A stretch of DNA of 64,000 nucleotides, from positions 1-64,000 of the forward strand of contig CAWEMM010000011.1 in the NCBI GenBank assembly GCA_963810095.1, in the 5' to 3' direction. The stretch's first letter is position 1, and every line of letters begins with the position of its first letter. Below the pieces are notes generated by a model. That model made no database searches and was not told the DNA's origin. It saw only the letters and a program-made list of their open reading frames with translations. Position numbers and translations under genes: made by a program. This document shows positions 9,964 to 21,052 of the stretch, in pieces. Source of the stretch: an uncultured Chloroflexia bacterium. GTDB taxonomy: Bacteria > Chloroflexota > Anaerolineae > CG2-30-64-16.

Positions 9964-11199
9964 CATTGAAGCATCGACGGACGATCGCAACGCATCTGGC
10001 TGCGTTGGGAGAGGCGTCGTTCCTCCTTGTCACCGCGAAGTGCGTCTTCATAGTAATCGACGAGACAGCGGCCAGATGGCAAGCTTCGCGCCAGGTCATA
10101 CACCCTCGAATAGCCGAAAAAATGAATCAACACCGATGAAAGCGCGACCACGCTAATTGGCTCCCATCGGTTGCTGACAAGATGGTTGAGCAGGCATTCT
10201 GGCTCGAATGGTAGACTCTGCATCGAACCCTCATAATCGTCGCGGCGAAATCCCCCAAGCAAGTCTGCGACGGCAAGATCCGTAACCATGAAGCCGTATG
10301 CGTTGATGTCAAGATCCTCCCAATTCACGGCGATACCAAGAAGATGATACTCCGCAGGCTCGGCTGGAAGAAGCGACGAGATCTCTTCGCGCGCCTCGCT
10401 AACTGCGGTCACAAAGGGGTTGGGGCGACCTTGGGCGTCCAGATGCGATACGCTGACAAAACCGGCTGCAGAGGCTTGAAAGGCACCGCGATAGAGCGCC
10501 ACGTTGCTGCTGCGCTGCCGGATGATCACCTGCTCAGTCGGAGTTTGGGCAGTGGTCCGGGAGATCAGAAACACGTTGGCGCTTAGGGGGTTAGCCAGAA
10601 CAGATTCGTGCAGCCGATAGGGAAATCGCACATAGGCGTCGCGAATCGTTCTAATCCTACCGAGAATGCCGTCGGAAGGGATGCAAGAGTAATCGAGCGA
10701 ACGATTCGTCGCCATAAAGGTTGAGAAGGTTGTCAGGCCGAATCGCAGGGTTAGGCCACCTCGCAGATTACCCTCGGTTTCACCGGCTTGGACCAGTTCT
10801 TCTAGGCGAGGCAGTGGGTTGTCGGCTATCTCAGTATGGCTGTATCGCCGTCGGTGCATCTCCTCCAGCGAGGCTTTTGCGGCCTTCAGCGCAATGGGAT
10901 AGTCCGGTCGGTGTGCGCGGAACTCGCTGGGTCGGTACTCGATCCGGACCTCGGCGCAACTAAAGGGAGTGTCTGGATCGCCCAAGAGATTCATGGCTGG
11001 CGCCTCGATGCGGCCAAGTTTGAAGGTTGGAAACTCCTGTGGCGGCGGGGGAGTCACCTCGTGCTGCATGCCCCGCCTCGCGCTGGAACCGCCGGTTCGC
11101 GGTCCAAGCTCGTATTCTTGGCCGAATCGCCTGCTCGATGAGACCGAGCCCGAGGCCCACAATAGCTCCGACGAGTAACTCGGGCCAGTTAATGCTCAT
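9960..11199 (-). CDS. Hypothetical protein: N-terminal TM helix plus divergent Nudix-like domain (frameshift near 11060-11100)
   Basis: MSINWPELLVGAIVGLGLGLI start joined to a long ORF containing IIRQRSSNVALYRG and AVSEAREEI; visibly lower GC than flanks. Confidence 0.55.
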
Positions 11200-11311
11200 G
11201 TGCCCCCCAGCGAGAGGTTGATCGATGCCTCGATGCTCAACGATTACGGCCCTTCGATCTTACCACAGGGCGTGACTGGTCAAGAAGAACCCTCCGAAAG
11301 CATAAGCAATC

Positions 11312-11344
11312 AAAAAGGCCCGGAGCGTGTGCCCCGGGCCTTTT
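11312..11344 (-). terminator. Intrinsic terminator after the PHP-AlbA_2 gene
   Basis: AAAAAGGCCCGG...CCGGGCCTTTT hairpin with A/T tracts on both sides. Confidence 0.7.
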
Positions 11345-11346
11345 GG

Positions 11347-13908
11347 TTACTCGGTCTCTTCCTTGGGTTTCTTCGTGGTACGCCGCTTCGGCGCGTTGCC
11401 GATCGCCTCCGGCATCGTGTAGGCCGGCTCGGCCTTCACAGGCTTCGGCTTGGGCGACGTGGTCCGCTTGGGCTTCGCCGGCGCCGCGTCCACCGCGGGC
11501 GCCTCGGCCGTCGCAACAGGCTGCGCTTCCGCCGGCTGCTTCTTCGTGCGCGAGCGCTTCGGCTTCTGCACTTCCTCAGCAGGCGGCTCGGGCGCAGCGA
11601 CTATCGCGTCGACCAGCGTGGCCGGCTCCTGCACCGGGGCCGGTGCGGCCTCGGGCTCAGCCTTCGGCTTCCGAGGTCGCCGGGCAGGTTTCTTCTCAGC
11701 AGGTTGCGCGGCCGGCCCGGGCTCGACAGCAACAGGCTCGGGCACGAGCACCGGCTCCGCCGCCGCTTCGGCCGGCGCTTCCGCCACAGCCTCCGCCAAC
11801 TCGCCGTCGGTCTCGCCGCCATCGGCCGGTTTGCCCCGACCACGGCCCCGGCCGCCACGGCGCCCGCGGCGCGATTTGGGCTTTGCAGCCCCTTCGTCGG
11901 CCGGCTTCTGGCCGTTGCCGTTCTCGGGCGGGGCCAGGATGTCGCCCGGCTCTGCGATTTCCACGGTCTCGTCCTCGTCCGGCTCTTCGGAGATGATCAC
12001 GCTCGGCGCGCTCGCGTCGGGCTCGCCCTCGGGCCTGTCTTCGCCCAGCAGGAACTGGGCCCATGAGCCAGTCATGCCGTCGGCCGTAACGCCGTAGAAC
12101 ACCCGCACGGTTCCGTCGGGCATCCGCAGCGCCAGATCATAACGCAGCTTCTTGGCCCGGCGCGCGGCCTGCCACAGCCCCAGATCGCCCCGCCAGGTCA
12201 CGTCGTCCGGACCGTTGGGGTGGGTCAGGTGCTGGTTGATTGCATAGCTCCACAGCTTGCGTGCGGAGTGGATGGTGACGTTCTGCACCACGTTGCCGTT
12301 GCGCAGGTCGCGGATGGCGAAGTACCGGCCGCCCTTGCGCTCTTCCATCGACACCAGCTCGACCCCGATGCTCGGCAGAGGCGTAGCCTCTTCCTCGCGC
12401 TCGGCTTGGGGCTGGGGCTGGGGCTGTGCGGCTGGGACCGCGACAGGCGCCGCCGGGGCGGCGCGCTCGGCCGCCTTCTGGCGACCGGGTCGCTGGGCGG
12501 CGGGCCGGCGGGGCTGTTGGCCCTGGGGCGCGGGCTCCGGTTCGGGAGCGATCTCGGCCTCCACCGGCGCCGGTTGCACATCTGCCAGCTTGCGGCCCTG
12601 CAGCACCAGCTGCACGAGCTCGTCGCGCACGGCTTCGGTCGTCTCGCCTTCCTCGCGGATGTAGACGCGCGTTTGGCCAAGCGCGTACGGCTTGTCGGAC
12701 CCGTTCGGCACCTGAACCCGCAGGACGGGAGTGCCCTGGCTCTGCATCACGTCGACCTGGCAATCCAGGGGCGGCGTGACGTTGCGCTCGATTTCCTTTT
12801 TGATCTGCGGAACGGCGATGTCGGGCACCTCGACGCCCTTCACGGGGCCGGGTCGCTCAGACACGCCCACGTAAACGGTGCCGCCGCAGGTGTTGGCAAA
12901 TGCGACCACGTCGCAAAGCACTTTGGTGAGTCCGCCGCCGTCGCGCGCCATGCTCTCGTGAAAGGCCTGGACGATGGTGGGCCCTTGCTCACGAGCGGTT
13001 TGTACGTAGTCGAAGGGGGCTTCCGCCGGCGGCCGGTAGGGCCGCATGAGCGTGAAGTCGTTCCCCTCGAGCACGGCTTGGAACGCGTCGAAGCTGACTT
13101 CGGTGAGCAAGATCTCGGTCACCCGGTCGCCCACACCCAAGCGGTTCTTGTCCTTGGGGTCGCGGGCCAGCCGGTGTGCATCCGAGCCTTGCAGGAGGTG
13201 CATGCGCCGGGGATACTCGGGCTTGGAGCCGTCGAAGAAGCGGAGTGTCGAGCGCCGCGAAGCGCTCTCCAGGTCCGTCACTTCCAGCGCGTGCAGGTTG
13301 GCGTCTTGCGTGAAGGCAATGCGTGTTTGACCACCGAAGCTCATGCCCTGCAGCGCCACCCCGTGAGTCGAGTTGGCGTGCGCGGCGATGACGAGGCCGC
13401 CTGCTTCCCGGATCAGCCGGTAAGCAGTCAGTACGTCCGTGGTCGGGCCGACCTCCGTTATGCCATCCGCGAGCCGATCCATCGGCACGGTGAGGCGCAA
13501 CAGGAGCAGTTCCAGCTTGCGGAGCGGTGTCTCGGGCGGGAAAATGCCGAGGATGTGAAAGCCGAACGTGGCGGTGAACTCGAATCCCGGTAGCACCAGG
13601 ATCTTATCGCCCAGGCGACGGTACTCGTCCAAATCCCGTCGTTCCTGCGGCCGCAGGCGGTCGTTTGCCTCTAACCAAGCAAGCCGTTCGATCTCGGCTC
13701 GCAATCTGGCCACCCCTTCCACCGTGTTGTGGTCGGTGATAGCCACAATGTCGAGGCCCCGTGACTCCGCCTTCTGCAGCCACTGCAGGTATGTTGTGCC
13801 TGGTTCCAACCAGTCCGCCGACGCGGGGGTGTGCAAATGGATGTCCACCCGCCGCCAATCACCCTCAGGCGCCCGGAAGCTCCTTCTTATTCGCTTTTTT
13901 TCGGGCAC
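11347..13908 (-). CDS. PHP phosphoesterase + Schlafen/AlbA_2 domain fusion with long Pro/Ala/Glu/Lys-rich tail
   Basis: DIHLHTPAS, AITDHN, AAHAN, GSDAH (PHP); DVVAFANTCGGTVYVGV (AlbA_2). Confidence 0.85.
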   Translation of the reverse strand: MPEKKRIRRSFRAPEGDWRRVDIHLHTPASADWLEPGTTYLQWLQKAESRGLDIVAITDHNTVEGVARLRAEIERLAWLEANDRLRPQERRDLDEYRRLGDKILVLPGFEFTATFGFHILGIFPPETPLRKLELLLLRLTVPMDRLADGITEVGPTTDVLTAYRLIREAGGLVIAAHANSTHGVALQGMSFGGQTRIAFTQDANLHALEVTDLESASRRSTLRFFDGSKPEYPRRMHLLQGSDAHRLARDPKDKNRLGVGDRVTEILLTEVSFDAFQAVLEGNDFTLMRPYRPPAEAPFDYVQTAREQGPTIVQAFHESMARDGGGLTKVLCDVVAFANTCGGTVYVGVSERPGPVKGVEVPDIAVPQIKKEIERNVTPPLDCQVDVMQSQGTPVLRVQVPNGSDKPYALGQTRVYIREEGETTEAVRDELVQLVLQGRKLADVQPAPVEAEIAPEPEPAPQGQQPRRPAAQRPGRQKAAERAAPAAPVAVPAAQPQPQPQAEREEEATPLPSIGVELVSMEERKGGRYFAIRDLRNGNVVQNVTIHSARKLWSYAINQHLTHPNGPDDVTWRGDLGLWQAARRAKKLRYDLALRMPDGTVRVFYGVTADGMTGSWAQFLLGEDRPEGEPDASAPSVIISEEPDEDETVEIAEPGDILAPPENGNGQKPADEGAAKPKSRRGRRGGRGRGRGKPADGGETDGELAEAVAEAPAEAAAEPVLVPEPVAVEPGPAAQPAEKKPARRPRKPKAEPEAAPAPVQEPATLVDAIVAAPEPPAEEVQKPKRSRTKKQPAEAQPVATAEAPAVDAAPAKPKRTTSPKPKPVKAEPAYTMPEAIGNAPKRRTTKKPKEETE

Positions 13909-14036
13909 AGAAAGTACAAACTCTCCTTTCTTAAAGAACAGGCCCGGTCTTTCCGACCGAGCCCATCGCGGTACAGTCAGTACACAAATGCATTATTGAT
14001 CCATTTGTGATGTATGTCAAGTAAGAACATTAACAA

Positions 14037-14068
14037 AGAGGGGGGATTCTACGACGAACCCCCCCTCT
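14037..14068 (-). terminator. Terminator after lon
   Basis: AGAGGGGGG...CCCCCCCTCT hairpin directly after the lon stop. Confidence 0.65.
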
Positions 14069-14075
14069 CTCAGGT

Positions 14076-16614
14076 TCAGCCTTCCACCACCGTCACTTCA
14101 GCCACCGGCTGCGGTTCGGTGATAGGGGCGGGTATCTCTTCGGCGCCGTCGACCGGCAGCACCTCTTCGACCTTGCGGTCGGTTAGCGCGGCCTCGACCA
14201 CGTCCTCGACGCGCTCGGCGAAGATGAAGGTCATCTGCTGCCGCACGTTCTCGGGCACATCGTCCAGGTCGCCCTCGTTGCGCTTGGGCAGGATGACGGT
14301 CGTCAGCCCGTAGCGGTGGGCGGCCAGGATCTTCTCCTTCACCCCGCCGATGGGCAGCACCTGCCCGCGCAGCGTGATCTCACCCGTCATGCCCACATTC
14401 TTGCGCACCGGGCGGCCGGTCAGCAAGCTGACGAGGGCCACCGCCATCGTCACACCTGCGCTGGGGCCGTCCTTAGGCGTTGCGCCGGCCGGAATGTGCA
14501 GGTGGATATCGCTCTTGGCGAAGAAGTCCTCCGGGATGTTGTAGTCCCGCGCCTTGCTGCGCACCCACGAAAGCGCGGCCTGCGCCGACTCCTTCATCAC
14601 GTCGCCCAACTGCCCCGTCAAGGTGAAGCCCTTGCTGCCCGGCATGCGGGTCGCCTCGAGGAACAGCACGTCGCCGCCCACAGGGGTCCAGGCCAGCCCG
14701 GTGGCCACGCCCGGCGCCTCCACGCGCTCGGCCACGTCCTCCAGGAACTTGGGCCGGCCCAGGTAGTCGGGAATCTTTTCGGCCGTGATTTCCACGGGGC
14801 CGATCTGTGTGCCCTTCTCGGCCACACGTGTCGCAACCTTGCGCGCGACCCGGCCGATGTTCCGCTCGAGGCTGCGCACGCCGGCCTCGCGGGTGTACTC
14901 ACGCACGATGCGGCGCAGCGCGTCTTCGCTGAAATTGATCTCGTCGCCGCGCAGGCCGTTTTCCTTCACCTGCCGCGGCACGAGGTAGCCCGCCGCGATC
15001 CTGACCTTCTCTTCCTCGGTATAGGAAGAGAGCTGGATGATCTCCATGCGGTCGAGCAGCGGCTGGGGAATCGTTTCCATCCAGTTCGCGGTCGTGATAA
15101 AGAACACCTGGCTCAGGTCGAACGGCACGTCCAGATAGTGATCGCGGAACTCGCTGTTCTGCTCCGGGTCGAGCACCTCGAGCAGCGCGCTGGACGGATC
15201 GCCCCGGAAGTCATGACCCAGCTTGTCCACCTCGTCGAGAATGAAGACCGGGTTGCGGCTCTCGGCCCGCCGGATATTCTGAATGATGCGGCCCGGCATG
15301 GAGCCGATATAGGTGCGCCGGAAACCCCGAATCTCGGCCTCGTCGCGAATGCCGCCGAGAGCCATGCGGATGAACTTGCGGCCCATCGCGCGGGCGATCG
15401 ACTGGCCCAGCGACGTCTTGCCCGTGCCGGGCGGCCCCACGAAGCACAGGATCACGCCTTCGCGCTCGCGGCGAATGTGGTCCACCTGCCCGTCGTCGGG
15501 TGCGGCGGCGTTTCCACTTGCCTCGGCTGCGGCCGCAGCCTCGGCCTTGCGCTCCATGCGCAGCTTGCGCACGGCCAGGAATTCCAGGATGCGATCCTTG
15601 ATCTCTTCCAGGCCGTAGTGGTCCTCATCCAGCACCTGGCGCGCATGGGCAATGTCCAGGTTATCCGGAGTGCCGGTGCTCCACGGCAGATTCACCATCC
15701 AGTCGAGGTAGGTCTTGATGACCGTGTACTCGGCGGCCTGTGACGGCATCTTGCGCATGCGGTCCAGTTCGCGGCGCGCTTCCTTCTCCGCCTCCGCAGG
15801 CATGCCCGCTTCGCCGATGCGCTTTTCGTAGTCCTGGATCTCGGCTTCCTGCTCGTCGCCTTCGCCCAGCTCCTTCTGGATGGCCTTGAGCTGCTCGCGC
15901 AGGAAGTACTCGCGCTGCGTCTTGGTCATCTCGTCCTGGGCCTGCGATTGGATCTTGCGGCCCAGCTCGAGCACTTCGAGCTCCTTCGACAGGATGCTGT
16001 TCAGCTTGACGAGCTTCTGGCTCACAGGGTCGATCTCGAGAATTTCCTGCGCCTGTTTCGGCTCCATCCGGGTGCTGGCCGCGACCAGATACGCCAGCTG
16101 GCGCGGCGCTGGTCGCGTTCATGGCCGCGGTCTCGAGCTCTTCCGGCATGTGGGGGACGAGCGAGACTAGCCGCCGGAACAGGTCCAGCGTCGCACGCAT
16201 CAGCGCCTGCGACTCCAGGTCTTCCTCACCCTCTTCGTCGGGGATTTCCTCGACGCGGGCGCGCAGGTACGGCTGCTCCTGAAGGTACTCGACGACGCGG
16301 ATGCGCTCAATGCCCTGCACGATCAACCGGATCGTGCCGTCTGGTGCGCGCAGCATGCGGTGCACGACTGCGGCCGTTCCCACCCGGTAAATCTGGTCAG
16401 GGCTCGGCTCTTCCAACTCGGCGTCCTGCGCCGTCACCAGGCCGATAATGCGCTGGTCGGCCACATCCACCAACGCGTCGTCCACCAGGCGGATCGAGCG
16501 CTCCTGACCAATGGTCAGGGGCAGCCACATCATGGGGTACACGACCACACCCCGCAGCGGCAAGATCGGCAGCTCTGCCGGGATTGTCAAATCGTTCTGT
16601 TCAGCCACACTCAT
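14076..16614 (-). CDS. lon: ATP-dependent protease Lon (frameshift near 16100)
   Basis: [14 protein letters not shown]-domain, GPPGTGKTS Walker A, LDEVDK Walker B, PKDGPSAG catalytic Ser. Confidence 0.95.
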
Positions 16615-17126
16615 GATTGTGCACCTTCTGGTTGCTCACCTTCACTGGTCTCAGCCGCGAGCCCTACCACTACCTGTTGCCCTGTCCCCTGCTCACTCGT
16701 CGCCCGCACCGGCACCCGGCGGACCTTCGCCTTGGGAAGAATGATCTTGAGAAAACCATTCTCGTAGGTTGCCTCCTGGCCGGTCCCCTCCAGCGCCCAG
16801 GGCAGTTGCACCTGCGTCCTGAACTTGCCGTGGCGAATCTCCATCTGCTGGTAGGCCAGCTTCTCCGCGGGATCGCGGCGCTCGCCGACCACGACCAGCA
16901 TGCGCCCGCGCAGCAGAATCTCATAATCGTTGGGCCCGAGCCCGGCGATCTCGATCACAACGGCAACCGCATCCTCCGTCTCGTAGACATCCGTAGGTGG
17001 CCGCCAAATCGTCTCGTTGGCCGGGTTCCACCGGGCGCTGCCATAACTCTCACGGTACACTTGCGCACCCTCCTGATAACTGCTGACGCGGGCTCGACTT
17101 GTCAGCTTCACGCTCGACTCATTCAC
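16611..17126 (-). CDS. Hsp20/alpha-crystallin family protein
   Basis: [32 protein letters not shown]; overlaps the lon start. Confidence 0.88.
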   Translation of the reverse strand: MNESSVKLTSRARVSSYQEGAQVYRESYGSARWNPANETIWRPPTDVYETEDAVAVVIEIAGLGPNDYEILLRGRMLVVVGERRDPAEKLAYQQMEIRHGKFRTQVQLPWALEGTGQEATYENGFLKIILPKAKVRRVPVRATSEQGTGQQVVVGLAAETSEGEQPEGAQS

Positions 17127-17344
17127 AATTCGTTTGTGGTACGGATGCGGGGCAATGCCCGCTTTTTATACCACAAGAAGACTCAGAATCACATTGTAAC
17201 GCGCTCGAACAACAGCCCGTCGCAAGCTTCATTCCCTTATACCCGACCAACGTTAGCGCCGCGCTTTATTTGTGTTAACGCTCTGTTAGTGGGCTTTCCC
17301 GTGTCGCGGCCGTGCAAGAAGCAGGGCGGACCGCGTGCGCGTCT

Positions 17345-17373
17345 TTGCACAGGGAAGGCGGGCCGCGTATAAT
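17345..17373 (+). promoter_or_regulatory. Sigma70-type promoter
   Basis: TTGCAC-17 nt-TATAAT upstream of the CDS at 17456. Confidence 0.65.
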
Positions 17374-17455
17374 CGCGCTTGTCAGAAGCGCCGGAGCGCG
17401 AGGCTGGACGAGTCGGCGCTCCGCGTTCCTTTTTGCCAATCTCAGGAGGGCCCCG

Positions 17456-18079
17456 ATGCCGTCTTCCGACCTGCTGGTCGACCTCACCGTACGGGACTTC
17501 GCCCAGAAACTCGCCTCCGCCGACGCCGCGCCCGGGGGAGGCTCTGCGGCCGCACTGGCCGGCGCGCTCGGCGCGGCCCTGGCCGGCATGGTCGCGGGCC
17601 TGACGGTCGGCCGGCCGAAGTATGCCGAGCACGAAGTAGAGATGCAGACGGTGCAGGGCCAGGGCGAACGCCTGCGGGGCCAACTGCTCGCCCTGGTCGA
17701 TGCGGACACGGCGGCGTACGAGAACGTGATGGCAGCCTATCAACTCGCGAAAGGGACGGAAGAGGAGATTGCCGTTCGGCGGGCCACGATCCAGGACGCG
17801 CTGCGCCACGCGGCGGATATTCCACTGGCGACCGCCGAGGCCTGTGTCCAGGTGCTCAACCTCGCCGCGCTGGCCGCCGAACACGGCAATCCTAACGCCG
17901 CCTCGGACGCGGCGGTCGCTGCGCTCCTTGCGCATGCCGGCTTCCTGGGCGCAAGTCGCAACGTCCGCATCAACCTCCAGCAGATCAAAGATGCCGAGTT
18001 TTGCGGCGCAGCAGAGGCCCGCCTGTTCGGGCTGACAAACAATGCCGAAGCTGCGCTCACGCGCGCGCTAGGCAAGTGA
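17456..18079 (+). CDS. Formiminotransferase-cyclodeaminase C-terminal (cyclodeaminase/cyclohydrolase) family
   Basis: APGGGSAAAL, LVDADTAAY, GNPNAASD, NVRINL. Confidence 0.9.
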   Translation: MPSSDLLVDLTVRDFAQKLASADAAPGGGSAAALAGALGAALAGMVAGLTVGRPKYAEHEVEMQTVQGQGERLRGQLLALVDADTAAYENVMAAYQLAKGTEEEIAVRRATIQDALRHAADIPLATAEACVQVLNLAALAAEHGNPNAASDAAVAALLAHAGFLGASRNVRINLQQIKDAEFCGAAEARLFGLTNNAEAALTRALGK

Positions 18080-19868
18080 AAGCAACAACCGCGCCGGCTG
18101 CCCTGCCGCAGAGATCGGGGTTCGTCGCGAAGCCCGGTTTCTTGCAGGCCGTCCTCCCCATCCTCGGCTACCTCGCGCTGACGCTGGTGATGACCTACCC
18201 GCTCGTCACGCGCTTCGCCTCGGCCATCCCCGGCGACTCGTTCGACGGCTGGCAGAATTACTGGAACCTGTGGTGGGTCAAAACCGCGTTGATCGAAAAG
18301 ATCACCTCGCCGTGGTTCACCGACCTGCTCTACTACCCCACAGGCGTCAGCCTGCTGTTTCACACCCTCAACCCGTTCAACGGCGTGACGTTCCTGCCGG
18401 TCCAGCTGGCGTTCGGCCTGCTGCCCGCGTACAACACCGCCGTCGTGTTTAGCTTCGTGGTCGGCGGGCTCGGCGCGTACTTGCTGGCCCGGTATGTCCT
18501 TGGCCCCGGAAGCAGCCGCCTGGTCGCGTTTGTGGCGGGCGCGATCTTCACCTTTGCGCCCTACCACATCGCACATTTGCTCGGCCACATGCAGTTGATC
18601 TCGCTCGAATGGCTGCCGTTCTTCGCACTGTACCTGCTGCGGGCGGTTGAGCCGAGCCACAGAGGGCGCCGAGGACTCAGAGAGGTAGGGCTGGCCGCGC
18701 TGTTCGTCGTCCTCGTCGCCCTGTGTGACTGGTATTATGTCTTCTACTGCCTGATCTTCTCGGCCGTGGTTGCGATTTGGTGCGCGGTCCGTGGCTTGCG
18801 ACGCTCGGGCGGCGGCGGCACGGTCGCCCGGCTCCTATCGATCGCCGCCGTCTGGTTGATTGCGGCCGTCGCGCTGAGCCCGCTGCTCGTGCCCATGGTG
18901 CGGGAGGCGCGGGCGACGGACTATATGGTGCCCGACCCGGCGCAGAGCCGCACCTTGTCTGCCGACCTGCTGGCCTTCATCACGCCGCAGGGCTTCCACC
19001 CACTGTGGGGCGAGTGGGCACGCGGGGCCAGCTCGGTCTTCACGTCGACCATCTCCGAGTACACCGTGTTCGCCGGCTTTGCGGTCCTGGCGCTGGCGGG
19101 CTGCGGCCTGGCGTTGGCCCGCCGCGGACGGGTGAGTAAGTGGCTGTGGCTGGGAACCGCGCTCACCTTCTTCGTGCTCAGCCTGGGCCCGGTGCTCCAC
19201 GTAGGCGGCCGGGCGGCTCTGCTGCCGGGGGGCGCGAGGTGCCGCTGCCCTATGCGCTGCTGGCCCGCCTGCCGTTTCTCGACATCATGCGGTCGATCAG
19301 CCGGCTGGACGTCATGGTCATGCTGGCGCTGGCCATGCTCGCCGCGCTGGGGCTGGATGCGCTGACCCGGCGCGGCGAGCGCCTGCGCTGGCTGCCCGCG
19401 GCCGCGCTGGCGCTGGTGCTCTTCGAGTTCCTTCCCGCGCCCTACCCGATGAGCCCGCCCGACGTGCCCGACTGGTACAAGGCGCTGGCTCAGGATCCAC
19501 GGCCCGGCGCGGTGCTGACCCTGCCGGTGAGCTGGGACCGCCCCGGCTATCTGCTGCAGCAGACCGTCCATGGCAAGCCGCTGACCGCCGCGTACATCAG
19601 CCGGGAGGACCCGCGCACGCTTGTCGACCAAGCGCCCGTGCTGCGGTTCTTCCGCCGGCTGGAAGCGCAGCCCGGCTTCGACATGGCGCGCGAGGGTGAG
19701 AAAGCACTGGCAGATCTCGGGGTGCGTTGGGTGGTGCTCGACAGGTATCAGATGCCGGGGGGGAAGGAACGCGAGGTCACCGACACAGGCGCGCGGCTGA
19801 TCTTCGGCGACCGCAAGCCGGTGTACGAGGACGACCGGCTGACCGTGTACGAGGTGACGGCCGAATAG
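18076..19868 (+). CDS. Polytopic membrane protein, probable GT-C fold glycosyltransferase (frameshift near 19233)
   Basis: GDSFDGWQNYWNLWW, YYPTGVSL, multiple TMs, QTVHGKPL..Y C-terminal segment. Confidence 0.7.
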
Positions 19869-19899
19869 CCCCGCGCTGCCGGACAACGAGCGATGGACT

Positions 19900-19989
19900 G
19901 GGACGCAGGTCTACCTGATTGAACTGATCTGCGCTGTCTTTTCGTAAGGGATCAGGGCAAATCAGTCTCATCAGTTCAATCAGCGTGCT
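19900..19989. repeat. 9-nt-periodic palindromic element, copy 2
   Basis: GACGCAGGT CTACCTGAT TGAACTGAT - loop - ATCAGGGCAA ATCAGTCTC ATCAGTTCA ATCAGCGTG, between convergent genes. Confidence 0.85.
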
Positions 19990-20021
19990 ATCTTAGGTCA
20001 ATAACGTGGTTTCTTGGCCAG

Positions 20022-20879
20022 CTAATTAGCTGTCGCTCGTCGTGGCCTGATCTCGGAGCGGTACGCGTCATAGAGGGTCAGCAGGTTGGCCTGGTGAAGC
20101 TTTTGCACGAGGCCGCCGAGGGGAATGCGCGACAGCCCGCACTCTTCGATGGTGATATCGAGTATGCTGTTGCGCGGCACGCCACGGGCGATACGTTCGC
20201 GCACCAGCCGGTCCACCGTCCGCAGGTAGTGAATCCCCGCGTCGAGCGTTTCCTCAATCTCGCCCCGCAGCAACACCTCGCCGTGACCCTGCACCAGGTT
20301 CTCCAGGCTCAGCGTCTTGAGCGCCTGCAGCGAGTTGATCATGTCGTCCAGGTCGCCGCCTACCACGTACGGAACCGGCATGACCGCATCCGAGGCGACC
20401 AGCAGGCGGTCCTCCACCACGTGGACGGTGATGACATCCTTGCTGTGGCCCGGTGCGTGGCGCAGTTCGATCGTCTTCCCGCCAAAGCGCAGCGTCATGC
20501 CCTCATTGAATAGCAGCTCGGGGTAGCGGATCTGCACGTCATTAAGCGCGGGGGTCTGCTCTTTCGCCTGCTCGAGCGCGGACTCGGCGTGCCGTTCCAT
20601 TAGCCGCCGGCACTGGTAGTGCGCGACGACGACCGCTTCGGGGAAGAGATAGGTGCCGTAGATGTGATCCGCGTGCGAGTGCGTGTTGACGACGTAGCCG
20701 ACCTTCGTCCGGCGCTGCGCCACGAAATCGCGAATTTGGCGCGTCTCTTGCGGGAACGGCAGGGTGTCCACCAGGATCGCGCCTTCATCGGTGAAGATGA
20801 CGGTGGCGGTGACTTCGGCATACAAGCCACTGGTGAAGACGTAGACGCCCTCAGAGATGCGGTCGCGTTTGAGAGGCAC
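20022..20879 (-). CDS. MBL-fold metallo-hydrolase (cyclase-like)
   Basis: NTHSHADH, PGH, SD, GHG metal-binding motifs; start codon uncertain. Confidence 0.88.
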   Translation of the reverse strand: MPLKRDRISEGVYVFTSGLYAEVTATVIFTDEGAILVDTLPFPQETRQIRDFVAQRRTKVGYVVNTHSHADHIYGTYLFPEAVVVAHYQCRRLMERHAESALEQAKEQTPALNDVQIRYPELLFNEGMTLRFGGKTIELRHAPGHSKDVITVHVVEDRLLVASDAVMPVPYVVGGDLDDMINSLQALKTLSLENLVQGHGEVLLRGEIEETLDAGIHYLRTVDRLVRERIARGVPRNSILDITIEECGLSRIPLGGLVQKLHQANLLTLYDAYRSEIRPRRATAN

Positions 20880-21052
20880 AGGCAGTCCTGCTCCGTTCAG
20901 GTGGGTCGTTAATCGCTGGTTGAGTTCGGCGCAAGAATAGCACAGGGGAAACAGGCGTGTCAAGGGATTTGAAAATTGAGGTTGCAAGCGAACGGCTACA
21001 CGCATTTGAGCCGCTAAGCGAAATTGAGTACAATCGGGATCGGAGGAACCTA

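Noticed and set aside
11200-13593. Long plus-strand ORFs (288 and 457 aa) and similar antisense ORFs throughout the window
   Set aside because: Shadow ORFs of real high-GC genes on the opposite strand
17127-17340. Possible CIRCE/HAIR heat-shock operator upstream of Hsp20-lon
   Set aside because: No TTAGCACTC-N9-GAGTGCTAA or clear equivalent; only weak GTTA/TAAC-like repeats
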